DNA of 64,000 nucleotides from Eledone cirrhosa (GCA_964016885.1 OZ024740.1:425382001-425446000); one strand, 5' to 3'. Shown: positions 14,104-28,555, counted from the first letter of the stretch. Numbers and translations are program-made. The notes: generated by a model not told the origin, from the sequence alone.

Positions 14104-14298
14104 CGTGCTGTGGATTGACAGTAGCGGGAAAGTGTCGTCGGCCGCAACACTTTACAACGTAGAGTTATGGCCCTTTACGTGTGAGTTCAAATCCCGACGA
14201 GGTTAATTTTGCCTTTCATCCTTACGGATTCGATGGAATAAAGTACCAGTAATGCACTGGGATAATTGTTCGCCTTGTGCCAAATGTAGAAACAATTA
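14104..14298 (+). mobile_element. tRNA-derived SINE family B
   Basis: B-box GAGTTCAAATCCC, core gcctttcatccttacgg..tcgat...agtaccag, tail ccttgtgccaaa.gtagaaacaattat. Confidence 0.8.
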
Positions 14299-14536
14299 TA
14301 TATAGCGGGGGGGGGGGTTGGGGTTGTATGGGTGTGTATGTATGCATATACAAGTATATATATATATATGAGTGTATATATATATATATATATATAATTT
14401 ATATATATATTATGTATAATATCTTTCAACATGTTAAAATATTCCCCACACACGTACAGACACATTCCTACTGACCTATCCCTCTACCACGAATTACTCT
14501 GCTACACACACACACACTCACACACACACACACACA

Positions 14537-14583
<47 letters not shown>

Positions 14584-14984
14584 TTGTCTTAAAAGACTTA
14601 TTTTTCAGTGACTTCTCAATCAGCGAAAAAAGACACTCTTCGACAAACCTACATTTGGCGCAAAATCATTTTTTAACATTCACGTGACCTCTACAGACCA
14701 ATCAAAATTGTTTTGGCCACAAGAATTTTTGCAACACGAATTGGCGCGAAACTTATTTTAATACCTCTGGAGCCACTTTTTTCACATAAAACAGGTAGAA
14801 TTTCCAAAACTAATCAGATTAGAGCAAACATCACGGGCGCTCTTTCTCAAAATTATTTTTGAAAAGCATTAGAAATGCGCAACCGGTAAACACTTAAAAC
14901 TAAAACTGAATACTTATTACTAGTTTTTACTTATTCCTAATTAAACTATTTTTCAGTGGGAACAATTTGTCAGCATTTTCTTTT

Positions 14985-15058
<74 letters not shown>

Positions 15059-15060
<2 letters not shown>

Positions 15061-15222
15061 CGAAGGAAATGTGGTAAGGAACCAGGTGGACCATAACGCA
15101 CCAAAGTACTCAATACTTGAGGTAGTAGAGTGGGTAATAGGAACCAGTAAGGCCCCGACAGCTGAGCTCAAGCCGTTTCGACGAAACGGCTTGAGCTCAG
15201 CTGTCGGGTCTTACTGGTTCCT
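15059..15222. mobile_element. Mini-element family 1, fold-back hairpin in (TA)n
   Basis: ~40-bp inverted arms centred at 15181 (ccgtttcg-a-cgaaacgg); each arm starts at the GAAA of an HHR 3' half. Confidence 0.75.
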
Positions 15223-15230
15223 ATATATAT

Positions 15231-15272
<42 letters not shown>

Positions 15273-15472
15273 NNNNNNNNNNNNNNNNNNNNNNNNNNNN
15301 NNNNNNNNNNNNNNNNNNNNNNNNNNNNNNNNNNNNNNNNNNNNNNNNNNNNNNNNNNNNNNNNNNNNNNNNNNNNNNNNNNNNNNNNNNNNNNNNNNNN
15401 NNNNNNNNNNNNNNNNNNNNNNNNNNNNNNNNNNNNNNNNNNNNNNNNNNNNNNNNNNNNNNNNNNNNNNNN
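15273..15472. other. Assembly gap (200 N)
   Basis: Run of N. Confidence 1.
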
Positions 15473-15944
15473 CGAACTTCAGCCTGACATTGCTTTGACT
15501 GATAAACTTCCTTCCGTGTATATATCACTCGCATGTATGTGGTTGCGCGTGTGTGTGTGTTTATACGCGTGCTTTCATACTTGTATGTATATATATTTCA
15601 ATCCTTATTACCTGAGTGTGGATATACGTTAACTCTATTATCTTACAATTTCTTTTTCAACATATATTATATACGTATTTGTGGTCACACATACACTGAT
15701 ATGCTTGCCCTCATATATGTACTTACGCACACATTTTTTCACTATACACATGCATTTGTACATACACACATATGTACATTTGTGAGTGAATATACATACA
15801 TTTATACACATACCCTAACTATATTTCCTTATTTTATTTTTATATATCTCTTGCATTACTTTTATTTATTTATTTTTTTTTGCCCGTTAATCTTTTGCTT
15901 TTCTTGAAGAGATTTTTCAATATTTCACTAAGTTTTAAATTGCA

Positions 15945-16008
15945 TTGTCCGACGAACGAATGAGGACGTTTCTGGTATTCGTCTTATTCGGGAAACCTCT
16001 GGTAATAA
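15945..16008 (+). ncRNA. Hammerhead ribozyme (CCGACGA core)
   Basis: ttgt-CCGACGA-acgaatgaggacg...cgtcttattcgg-GAAA-cctctgg-TA-ataa. Confidence 0.6.
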
Positions 16009-16115
16009 GTAATTATATTGTATTGTTTATTATACATAAAATTTAGCTCTGGTACTTACATAGAGCACTCTTCACTCCTATGACTTTTTCAATTTTCAAC
16101 GGAAACTTCAATACT

Positions 16116-16233
<118 letters not shown>

Positions 16234-16347
16234 GTATATATATATATAGCAAGCGATGTCAACATGAATGGACGTGTTATTTTTATCTTGACATTTTTTC
16301 CAATTCCAAGCCGCCCGTCTTCTCAATCTATTTTATTTCTCATTCTT

Positions 16348-16383
16348 TCTTCTGATGAAGGACTAGCGTCCGAAACGTTAAGA
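16348..16383 (+). ncRNA. Minimal hammerhead ribozyme
   Basis: tctt-CTGATGA-aggac/tagc/gtcc-GAAA-cg-TT-aaga. Confidence 0.75.
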
Positions 16384-16472
16384 CCCTCTTCCTGCTATAT
16401 CAAGCGTTAACCTAATATATACCTTCCATATACTGTACCGATTGTGTTGTCAGTTCTGTTTACCTTTTACAT

Positions 16473-16518
<46 letters not shown>

Positions 16519-16560
16519 AATAAATAACAAAGAACGCTTATAGCATATGCATATCTTTAC

Positions 16561-16608
16561 TTACTAACATTGTTTCATCCGCACTATAAGTGGGACTCAT
16601 CAGAGCAT
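16561..16608 (-). ncRNA. Minimal hammerhead ribozyme
   Basis: Minus strand tgct-CTGATGA-gtcccac/ttata/gtgcggat-GAAA-caatg-TT-agta. Confidence 0.7.
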
Positions 16609-17281
16609 AAAGGTTAATTACATACCATACAAGCAATAACAAATCCAAGACATTGAAGAATGAAAGGTAATAATAGACGATAGAGGATAAGAATAAAAAT
16701 AAAAATAAAAATAAAAATAAAAGTAAAAATAAAAATAAAAATAAAAATAAAAATAAAAATAAGGGGTGCTATCAGTCACAGTTGGGCGGGGTGCTGTCAA
16801 CATATAGTTACATACAAGCATACACATGGATAAGAGAACAGACAAGAGTAGACACATGATAAGAGAACAGACAAGAGTAGATAAGATAATGGGATTAGGT
16901 AAGAGTAGGTAAAAAATAGGTAAAAAATAGGTGAAAAACAGACTTATAATATATATAAAAAGTAATCCAAAGAAATACATAACAAACTTACATATAAAAT
17001 ATAAAATATAGGGTAAGGAATGAGATAAAATAATATAAAATTAAAAATTAAAAATTATATACATAGAACATAATATAGTATAACCGTAAAAAAAGATAAA
17101 ATAAGGTAAACTAAAATCAAATAACATAGACTAAATTAAAATAATATAATATAAGATATAATTAAATGTATAATTAAATGTAATTAAATGTAATTAAATA
17201 AATAAATAAATAAAAATTAAATAAATAAATAAAATTTAAATTTAAATTTTAAAATTTTAAAATTAAAATCTAAATTTAAAT

Positions 17282-17312
<31 letters not shown>

Positions 17313-18311
17313 GATAAATAAATAAATGGAGTCAAGTAAGTAAATAAATAAAATTAGATAACATGAAATGAAATAAAATAAAATGAAATAAAGTAAATTG
17401 AGATAAGATATATATTTTTTAGAATATATCTCTTGAATATATCAGGGGCCCACGAAGGCACTAAATGTCACAGTTATGTGCATCACTTGACCAATTTTTT
17501 AAAAATATATATTTCTTGAAAACATCAGGGGCCCACGAAGGCACTAAGTGTCACAGTCACCAGTATCACTTGACCATTGCAAGGCAATGGAGGCGTCCCA
17601 GGTTGGGCAGTCTCGAAAGTTCACTCGAAAGTCATGGGTGTGCATTCACACAGTTGAGCGGTGGGGTAATCACAAACCGGTTCACACACGGGCAGGAGTC
17701 AAATGGTCAGAGAGAGGTGTGCATCGAAGGAGGTAGAAGAATTCACATGCATTAGCAAGCGAGGTGAGGTTAAAGCAAGCAGACACAGTTGTAGCGCATA
17801 CAAAATATATATAAAAAGACAGAAGATATATAAAAAGCCATTAAGTCACCGCATTGGGACATCACAAGATTGTACACATCAATAAGTTCAGCACGTATAT
17901 GCACGTATAGACACCACATGCATATGCAGAGACGGTATACATATATATATATATATTTTTTTTTTATATATACACAGACACATATAACCACCTACACCCA
18001 TACACATATAAATGTATACACGGACACACACGCACACACACACAGCGTAGGACACCCGGGTCAAAGCCGATATTAAATACGATATTAAATACGATATTAA
18101 ACACCGAAATACCACATTAGACCAGACCCACCACCACAGGTAATATATTCAAAACAAATACATACGATGAGATGTATTAAAATAAAGTTGAAATCCTACG
18201 GAGATATTCATGTCTGCACGTGCCATTGACCGATTCGAGTGTATATATATATATATACACACACACAGAATATATATATACAGAGTATATATATATATAT
18301 ACACACACACA

Positions 18312-18363
<52 letters not shown>

Positions 18364-18456
18364 GTATATATACATATATATATATATCTATGTATATATA
18401 TCTATACAATGTGGTCTAGCTTTTGTTAAGCTAATATCTAATATATATAAATATAT

Positions 18457-18489
<33 letters not shown>

Positions 18490-18899
18490 GAGGTTATCAC
18501 ATACATAAAATTAAATTAAATTAAATCAATGATACATATATGTGTTGCAACTGTTCACTTTTAAGCTCAATGAAGAATTAATAAGTTAAAATCAAAAACT
18601 CAGAGCATTATATCATAAAACGTGTCTATAGAATCAATCAGATATTAAAATATATACTATTTCTTCCTCTAATCAGCATAATTAACCATATACATAATCA
18701 AATCCAGCAAGCTTTAAGAGTAAATTTTCTAACTGGGAAATCTCCGACAAATAATTGATCGCAGCCAGTTCGCGTTAACTCCGTTCCATTATTTATCAAA
18801 CATTTCGGCAGCATGCAGAATCCGATCAAACATATCGTCAACCGCACATAATTAGTAGTAAAATTAAACTTAGAAGAAATGCGCACATACCGTAATTAT

Positions 18900-18978
18900 A
18901 TTTCGACCATGGTTTCTTCCTTGTTTAGGACATCCAAATAATATGGACTGTCCTGAGTCAGGCTAATCATCAGGAGAC
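18900..18978 (-). ncRNA. Hammerhead ribozyme, inverted copy
   Basis: Reverse complement of 19227-19305 with one change in stem I. Confidence 0.7.
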
Positions 18979-19226
18979 AAACTCATAAATAGACATTTAA
19001 TTTCTCGGACAGACCCCGCCAAATTTAGATTCAAAAATGGCTAAGATCGCAATGTAGCTGTGTACCAGCCAGAGAGAAAGCGTGTGATTGGTCGCTTACG
19101 GCGGGTAGGCATGCTGCTAGAAAGCGCAGCCATATATCGCCAAATTTAATCTCAACCGATAGGGAGATTATTAAATCTAAATTTGGCGGGGTCTGTCCGA
19201 GAAATTAAATGTCTATTTATGAGTTT

Positions 19227-19305
19227 GTCTCCTGATGATTAGCCTGACTCAGGACAGTCCATATTATTTGGATGTCCTAAACAAGGAAGAAACCATGGTC
19301 GAGAT
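19227..19305 (+). ncRNA. Type I hammerhead ribozyme with extended stem II
   Basis: gtctc-CTGATGA-...aggacagtcca/tatt.tt/tggatgtcct...-GAAA-ccatgg-TC-gagat. Confidence 0.75.
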
Positions 19306-19589
19306 ATAATTACGGTATGTGCGCATTTCTTCTAAGTTTAATTTTACTACTAATTATGTGCGGTTGACGATATGTTTGATCGGATTCTGCATGCTGCCGA
19401 AATGTTTGATAAATAATGGAACGGAGTTAACGCGAACTGGCTGCGATCAATTATTTGTCGGATATTTCCCAGTTAGAAAATTTACTCTTAAAGCTTGCTG
19501 GATTTGATTATGTATATGGTTAATTATGCTGATTAGAGGAAGAAATAGTATATATTTTAATATCTGATTGATTCTATAGACACGTTTTA

Positions 19590-19620
<31 letters not shown>

Positions 19621-19641
19621 CGCACACACACCCAATATATT

Positions 19642-20400
19642 CGAGGTGGGTCAGAAAATTCTCCCGGTATCCTCCGCAGTTCCGTCGTCACGGCCTTTTT
19701 GTTGTCTGTCGACTACGTCTTCAAAACAGGTTCCCCCAGGGTCGTACTCGAACATCCATGGCTCATCACCGCTGATGACTGTCCCTAGCAAGTCTGGTTC
19801 AGTTTCAAGACGCTCGAGGATGTCCTGTCACACTTGCTTGCGTCGACCCTCTGGTCATCGTTCAGCAGTTTTGGCACCATCTTCGCGCAGACTTTTCGCG
19901 TGTCCAAATCTTCAGTGAGAATCTTCCAGACGCTGTCCCGATTCATGCCCAGCTCATTAGCCATCAGTCGAACAGTCAGCCGACGATCGCTACGCACCAT
20001 CTTCCTGACGCGCTTAACGTTGACCCCAGTCCTGGTTGTTGAGGGCCTTCCGCTCCTGGGGTCATTCTCCACGTCCTCGCGCCCTTCTTTAAACGTCTTG
20101 CACCACTCAAAAACACGTGAGCGTGACATCGTCTCATCGCAATACACTTGCTGCAGCAATCCCAGTGCTTCAGACGGAGTTTTCAAGTTTGTTCGTTGCT
20201 CTGTGCTCATTGCTGACGACCTGAGACAGAGGACATGTTTATAAAATTTTGAAGAAAAAAGTTTGATCGCTGCAGAGAGCTAAGATTACAGTAACATACT
20301 CCAGGGGGATTACTTTGAAGGAGAAAACTCTTGGTGTGAAGTTTGGGTTTGAAATAAATCTTTTGTGAGACCAGTCCTGGAACTTTTCTGACACACCTCG
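19642..20400 (-). mobile_element. Internally deleted mariner transposon (transposase pseudogene)
   Basis: Imperfect TIRs CGAGGTG(G/T)GTCAGAAAA with TA on the right flank. ORF 19785-20210 has the mariner HTH/linker (VFEWCKTFKEGRE..D.PRSGRP, KVCAKMVPKLL); a shifted frame gives ISGDEPW, then the catalytic domain is missing. Confidence 0.9.
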
Positions 20401-20795
20401 TATCTGTGTGGGTATATGTGTGTGTGGGTGTGCGTGTGGGTGTGTTTGTGTGTGTGTCTGGGTGTTTATATATATATATATATATATATTAATGAAAATA
20501 AACAAAATCTAAAATGAAAGCCTATTTAAATATCAATAAATATCGTTTATTGATAATTATGAGGTTTATAGCAGCTGTTGATTTGCTCCATATGCAATAA
20601 AAACAAGTAAGAATAGTAGAATTAAAATTCTCCCTACGTGTGAATGGAAATGATCCATTATAGAGCTGTCGCCTGGGGAAACTTGAAGCGGTAGCGGCAA
20701 TCGTTATTGTCAAGCCTGTCATAAGACAGACGTATGTTCCCACACAAACACACATATATATATACCTAAACGTGTAGAAATATATACACTCGTCG

Positions 20796-21074
<279 letters not shown>

Positions 21075-21397
21075 CATGTATATATATGTATAAGTCGGGA
21101 CTGAAGAAAAACAGGTAAATTTTTTCTATCATTCCTCATATTTTGTAATTATATATATATATATATATATATACGAATTTTAGTACACCATCAACGAAGC
21201 TTTTGGCAGCAGCCAAGCTAACGAATGCAGATTTGGTGTACGGCTAAGCACTCAATGGTGGTTAATATTACCCCAGAGTTATAACATTACGTTTAGACAG
21301 CTTTGCAAATCAAATACAGCGACCGATAGTCGGGCCGCATTGCCATAGCGACGAAAAAAACTGAACTCAGGAAATATATATATATATATATATATAC

Positions 21398-21596
21398 GTT
21401 ATTCCGGGTTGAGTCGGAGGTAACCACAGTAAGTAAGGTACTCAATACATTGCAGAGTATAAAAGTTTTAATATAGATGAGATTCTACAGGACTAGAACT
21501 GTTTCATTCTTTAGAAATCATCAGGAATTTCTGAGATTCCTGATGATTTCTAAAGAATGAAACAGTTCTAGTCCTGTAGAATCTCATCTATATTAA
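21398..21596. mobile_element. Mini-element family 2: ~60-bp-arm hairpin with back-to-back HHRs, in (TA)n
   Basis: Arms 21468-21528 and 21536-21596; homologues at 28357-28555 and 44996-45196. Confidence 0.8.
21532..21586 (+). ncRNA. Complete Type I hammerhead ribozyme
   Basis: tgagattc-CTGATGA-tttc/taaa/gaat-GAA-acag/ttctagtc/ctgT-A-gaatctca: 8-bp stem I, 4-bp stem III, GUA triplet. Confidence 0.8.
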
Positions 21597-21625
21597 TATA
21601 TATATATATATATATATATATTTAT

Positions 21626-21790
21626 TTATTTATTAAAATAACAGATTAAAGTTTAAGCAAAGAATCGATTCTTTGCTTAAACTTTAATCTGTTATTTTAA
21701 TAAATATTTGCTCTACGGTTCTTATATATTTGATGTATATTTATCCTTATCTAGCCCTCTTTGGATTTTAGTCTTCAAATTTATTATTAT

Positions 21791-21795
<5 letters not shown>
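21626..21795. mobile_element. Mini-element family 3, fold-back hairpin in (TA)n
   Basis: Perfect palindrome centred on gaatcgattc (~21666); homologues at 25602-25628, 27151-27324, 29069-29124, 44931-44995 and 50100-50192. Confidence 0.75.
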
Positions 21796-21848
<53 letters not shown>

Positions 21849-21854
21849 ATAATA

Positions 21855-21940
<86 letters not shown>

Positions 21941-22019
21941 GTGCATGTGTGTATATGTATATATATATGTATATATATGTTATATATGTGTGTGTATATG
22001 TATATATATATATGTATAG

Positions 22020-22058
<39 letters not shown>

Positions 22059-22689
22059 TTATATATACCACACCCATGCTTATATATCTGTGTGTGTATA
22101 CAGTCAGGCGTCATCGTGTTATATCGATAACAACATCTATATATTCATATATAAATATATAATGGAAGCCAGGAGAAAACAAACAGTTATTTCAATGATT
22201 AGTTACTCATAACGTGTCACCTCGGGTTGTTTGGGGGTGGGTATTAAGAGTAGAAAATCCCCACCTGGAATCACACAACAGAAATAGGCCCAACATAGGC
22301 CCATTATGACTCGGAATGAAGAAGAGCCGAACAAGCAATTGACAAATAAGGAAAATGGTGGGTGTTTAAATGCCTCTAGATACATCACAAATAGTATAAA
22401 CTTAAAGTTTGCTTCGCTGTCGTTAGACACACGGTATTTGCAGACGACAAGTGGGTGATAACCCCGTGCAAGAAAGAAAGACAGTCTTGCAGTGAAACCC
22501 AGAGAGAGATAGAAGAAACATATCATTTAGCGGTGAGAGTGACAAGAAAAACTGCATCAACCGGTGAGAATGGATGAAAATAGGGGGAGATATCACACAG
22601 CGTTCGACAACACCACTGTCGTGGAGAGTCATTAGTAGAGGTGATGTAAATAGAGTGTAAGATGTGACAGGTGGGTTGTCACAGATAGA

Positions 22690-23814
22690 AATGGTGAGTC
22701 AAAATAGGAGAGAGACAAATGAGTTTGTAGGGGAGGTAAATGGTGAGTGAAAATAGGAGAGAGACAAATGGCTGTGTTGCGGAGGTAAATGGTGAGTGAA
22801 AATAGGAGAGAGACAAATGACTGTGTAGCGGAGGTAAATGGTGAGTCAAAATAGGAGAAGGACAAATGGCTGTGTAGCGGAGGTAAATGGTGAGTGAAAA
22901 TAGGAGAGAGACAAATGACTGTGTAGCGGAGGTAAATGGTGAGTGAAAATAGGAGAAGGACAAATGGCTGTGTAGCGGGGGTAAATGGTGAGTCAAAATA
23001 GGAGAAGGACAAATGGCTGTGTAGCGGACATAAATGGTGAGTGAAAATAGGAGAGAGACAAATGACTGTGTAGCGGAGGTAAATGGTGAGTCAAAATAGG
23101 AGAAGGACAAATGGGTGTGTAGCGGAGGTAAATGGTGAGTGAAAATAGGAGAGAGACAAATGACTGTGTAGCGGAGGTAAATGGTGTGTGAAAATAGGAG
23201 AAGGACAAATGACTGTGTAGCGGAGGTAAATCATGAGTCAAAATAGGAGGACAAATGGCTGTGTAGCGGAGGTAAATGGTGAGTCAAAATAGGAGAAGGA
23301 CAAATGGGTGTGTAGCGGAGGTAAATGGTGAGTCAAAATAGGAGAAGGACAAATGGCTGTGTAGCGGAGGTAAATGGTGAGTGAAAATAGGAGAAGGACA
23401 AATGGCTGTGTAGCGGAGGTAAATGGTGTGTGAAAATAGGAGAAGGACAAATGGCTGTGTTGCGGAGGTAAATGGTGAGTGAAAATAGGAGAGAGACAAA
23501 TGGCTGTGTAGCGGAGGTAAATGGTGAGTGAAAATAGGAGAAGGACAAATGGCTGTGTAGCGGAGGTAAATGGTGAGTGAAAATAGGAGAAGGACAAATG
23601 GCTGTGTAGCGGAGGTAAATGGTGAGTGAAAATAGGAGAAAGACAAATGACTGTGTAGCGGAGGTAAATGGTGAGTCAAAATAGGAGAAGGACAAATGAC
23701 TGTGTAGCGGAGGTAAATCATGAGTCAAAATAGGAGGACAAATGGCTGTGTAGCGGAGGTAAATGGTGAGTAAAAATAGGAGAAGGACAAATGACTGTGT
23801 AGCGGAGGTAAATG
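22690..23814. repeat. 49-bp minisatellite, ~23 copies
   Basis: Unit gtagcggaggtaaatggtgagtgaaaataggagaaggacaaatggctgt; period 49 (22691, 22740, 22789). Confidence 0.95.
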
Positions 23815-24472
23815 AAGAATTCAAATGGAAGGTAGAATAATAAAGAAACAGAATCTAACAAAAGAACGTTTATTGCATCCTTTGCTACACACAGCGGGTG
23901 ATCTCAGTTTTTCAGTGTTATGAGTAGAAGTGCTCCACGAGGAATAGCACAACAGTGATAGGCCTGACATAGTTCAATCGTTATACGGCATTTGTGGCTA
24001 GAAAGCAATTACCAGAGAACAAATAAACAGCTGAGAGAGTATGAAAGTAGTTAATATTTAAACTGGGTACATCATGAATAGTAGGGAGAAAACAGGGAGA
24101 AAATAATCGAAAAATCTTCCTTTGTTTTAATACTTGAGGGTAAAACAAAGGCAGTTATCACAGTCTGAGTATGGCGAGTGGGTAAAAGTTGCAGAACCGA
24201 AACACCCTTTACAGGTATTCAGATTAGGAACGGCAAGCAAGGTAGCTAAGCATATGTTCTGAGCCGATTGAAGATTTTTAGAACGATCTATGATAATAGA
24301 GTGCTACTGGATCTTGTTAATACGTAAGCCAACTTAGTATACCAAGAATATTCCATCTTCAGCAGGTGCTTGGTCACTATACATTGACGACATTTTATTT
24401 TAATGTCTCTTACTCTCTCTCTGTATATATATATATATGATATGATATGTATATATATATATCCCCACCCCC

Positions 24473-24552
24473 CACTCTCAAGCGTGAAACTAAAAACCAT
24501 ATCAATTGTACTGCCTCTCTGTTTTTTGTTCTCTGTTCATTTATTAAACTAT
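24473..24552 (+). repeat. Short interspersed tail ending in (TA)n
   Basis: Near-identical to 51784-51864. Confidence 0.7.
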
Positions 24553-24554
24553 AT

Positions 24555-25502
<948 letters not shown>

Positions 25503-25503
25503 A

Positions 25504-25558
<55 letters not shown>

Positions 25559-25559
25559 A

Positions 25560-25607
<48 letters not shown>

Positions 25608-25623
25608 TAAAATAACAGATTAA

Positions 25624-25758
<135 letters not shown>

Positions 25759-25832
25759 TAGAAAAAATGAGGAAGATTCGTTTACATATGAAAAATATTC
25801 GTTTACATATGAAAAATATATAGCTTATCGAA

Positions 25833-25889
25833 CTGTTACGTGCGTTTCGCGTGGACCCGACTCCACTATCTATCTGCTCCTCAGACTGG
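25833..25889 (-). ncRNA. Hammerhead ribozyme motif
   Basis: Minus strand cagt-CTGAGGA-gc...gtgga/gtcggg/tccacgc-GAAA-cgcacg-TA-acag; one mismatch in stem I. Confidence 0.55.
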
Positions 25890-26039
25890 TATGTGGTATG
25901 TGGGCCGAGAAAGTATATATATATATATATAGGCATCGGCTCTATTTTTTTTCTTTTTGCGTGTGGGCGTTTGTGTGTATTTTGGTGTAATTGGTGGGGA
26001 GGCAATGCGGGTATGTGTTCACAGATATTCATGAGCCTG

Positions 26040-26650
26040 TTTACGTGAGCACGCGAGCAATTAAGGATTGACGATGGGGATGCTGAGGTGGATGTGCGCA
26101 CAAGGGTGGGAAAAGCAGCGGCGGTCTTCCAGCGACTCCGTCCGGTATGGTCCAGGTGTTCCATCGGCAACGCCGTCAAATTCCGTGTTTACATGTCCAT
26201 TGTGGTACCAACAGCGATATATGCCTGTGAGGCATGGAAGAGTACGGAAAGTGTATGTAACAAGCTTGATGTATTCCACCGTCGTTGCATTCGGACCATA
26301 TTGAAAATTTCATGGAGAGACCAAGTTAGCAACGAGGAAGTGATGAGGAGGTCAGGATTGGAGAGGTTAAGGGACATTGTCCGGAAAAGGAGACGGCGGT
26401 TCACGGACCACATCCTTCGTTTGCCGGCAGATCGACCTGCTCATATTGCCATGGATTGGGTACCAGAGGGTGGCAGGAGAGAACGGGGAAGACCACGAAA
26501 AACATGGCGGAGCACATTCAGGGAGGACCTGCAGCAGATGGGAATTACCTGGAGAGGTGCTAGAAGGGCCGCCAGTGACAGTATCAAGTGGAGGAAGCTC
26601 GTCGCCCAATGTTCCACAAGGAACTGGAGGAACTAATACTAAGACTAAGT
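26040..26650 (+). mobile_element. RTE-clade LINE, 5'-truncated 3' end
   Basis: ORF 26088-26636 (DVRTRVGKA..F..L..VW, K.RVY...V.P..IYACEAW, R.RGRPRKTW) is the post-RT C-terminus typical of RTE; short ACTAA-type tail. Confidence 0.88.
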
Positions 26651-27019
26651 GTGTGCGTGTGTGCGCGCGTGTGGGCACGATTTGGAATGCTTAGTGGTCA
26701 GTCAAAGATTTGTTTTGAATTAAAAAAGAAGCAGGTGTTTGTTGGGTGTGCCATACTTGGACGACCCGATGATAGTTTATCGTGTCAGTAAAGGCATTTC
26801 ATGTTTTTGTCAAAGAATTAAAAAGAAGAATTGTCTGGTTGAAGATAGTATTTTTAAGATGTAGAAATTCAACAACATAGTCAAACAGACACTCACAGAT
26901 ATGTATATACATACATACACTCAAACACAGGAGCCCAAGCACGTCTATAAGTGTGTACACACACAAACATTTATAGATCACATACACACACCCACTATCA
27001 TATATACATACATACATAT

Positions 27020-27106
<87 letters not shown>

Positions 27107-27150
27107 CATACATACATATATACATACATATATATATATATATCTGATTA

Positions 27151-27320
27151 TACAGATTAAAGTTTAAGCAAAGAATCGCTGTTTTCACCCTTAACGCGAT
27201 TCTTTGCTTAAACTTTAATCTGTTATTTTAATAAATATTTGCTCTACGGTTCTTATATATTTGATATATTTTATCCTTATCGAGCCCTCTTTGGATTTTA
27301 GTCTTCAAATTTATTATTAT

Positions 27321-27324
<4 letters not shown>
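27151..27324. mobile_element. Mini-element family 3 hairpin copy
   Basis: Homologous to 21626-21795 with a different fold-back point. Confidence 0.75.
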
Positions 27325-27350
<26 letters not shown>

Positions 27351-27354
<4 letters not shown>

Positions 27355-27565
27355 GTAGAACACTGGAAGGTAATATCCGTAGTGGTAGAGCACTCAGTCC
27401 ATGGGTCGAATTTGGTAGAAGTGGTAGCACAACAGTTAGTTCACCATACCGAGAACAATTGTTTCACCTTAGCGGATACTCAGCTTGTAATGGACATAAC
27501 GAGCTGAGGATCCGCTAAGGTGAAACAATTGTTCTCGGTATGGTGAACTAACTGTTGTGTAACCA

Positions 27566-27568
<3 letters not shown>
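27351..27568. mobile_element. Mini-element family 4: hairpin with back-to-back HHRs, in (TA)n
   Basis: Arms ~27421-27486 and 27501-27567. Confidence 0.75.
27500..27537 (+). ncRNA. Minimal hammerhead ribozyme
   Basis: cgag-CTGAGGA-tccgctaaggt-GAAA-caattg-TT-ctcg. Confidence 0.65.
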
Positions 27569-27650
<82 letters not shown>

Positions 27651-28088
27651 GTACAGATACACACACATATATACACACTTATATGTAAGGACATGCACAC
27701 ATACATGTCCATTAAACGTACATAAATATAGCCACATGCACTCACACATGCTTACACACTCACAAGTACACACACACGGAAACTCAGAAATATGTACACA
27801 CACAGAAGACACATACACACGCACGCACACACGCACGCACAGAGACACACACACACACACACACATATACGCATAAACACGCACACATACGTATACATAC
27901 GCATACACAGGCATAAATGTACACATGTGCACATATACAGACTGGTGCGTGCCCCCGTATACAGCCATGTACATACATATAGGGGAAGTAACAATAACGA
28001 CAGTAATAATGAGAAGATGGTGTACAGATACATATAAAGTGTTATAAGTAGATTTGGTACCAACACCATTATTTCATCGTGCTACCTA

Positions 28089-28150
<62 letters not shown>

Positions 28151-28153
<3 letters not shown>

Positions 28154-28271
28154 AAAAAGTATGAGCTCTGCCGTCGGAGTCATACTTTTTCCTATTTCCC
28201 AAACTACTACCCGAAGTATTGAGTACTCTGGTGCGTTATGATCCATCTGGTTCCTTACCACAATTCCTTTG

Positions 28272-28273
<2 letters not shown>
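28151..28273 (+). mobile_element. Mini-element family 1 copy with short fold-back
   Basis: aggaaaaagtatga...tcatactttttcct hairpin plus the family 1 tail. Confidence 0.7.
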
Positions 28274-28356
<83 letters not shown>

Positions 28357-28358
<2 letters not shown>

Positions 28359-28555
28359 TTTATCCCGGGTTCAATTGGAGGTAACCACAGTAAGTAAGGT
28401 ACTCAATACAAAGCAGACTATAAGTATTTAATATAGAAAGGCTTCTACATGACTAGAACTGTTTCATTCGGTAGAAATCATCAGAAAGCAGCTGCTTCCT
28501 GGCGATTTCTACCGAATGAAACAGTTCTAGTCCTGTAGAAGCCTTTCTATATATT
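28357..28555. mobile_element. Mini-element family 2 hairpin with HHRs
   Basis: Homologous to 21398-21596; CTGATGA core on the minus arm, CTGGCGA on the plus arm. Confidence 0.8.

Larger units (their letters stand above)
18611..19594. mobile_element. Fold-back element: ~420-bp near-identical inverted arms around a ~140-bp spacer, HHR in each arm
   Basis: Mirror ORFs 18698-18886(-) and 19319-19507(+); arms ~18611-19031 and ~19174-19594; (TA)n flanks. Confidence 0.85.

Noticed and set aside
22632-23824. Repetitive His/Ser/Pro ORFs
   Set aside because: Frames of the 49-bp minisatellite, whose period is not a multiple of 3.
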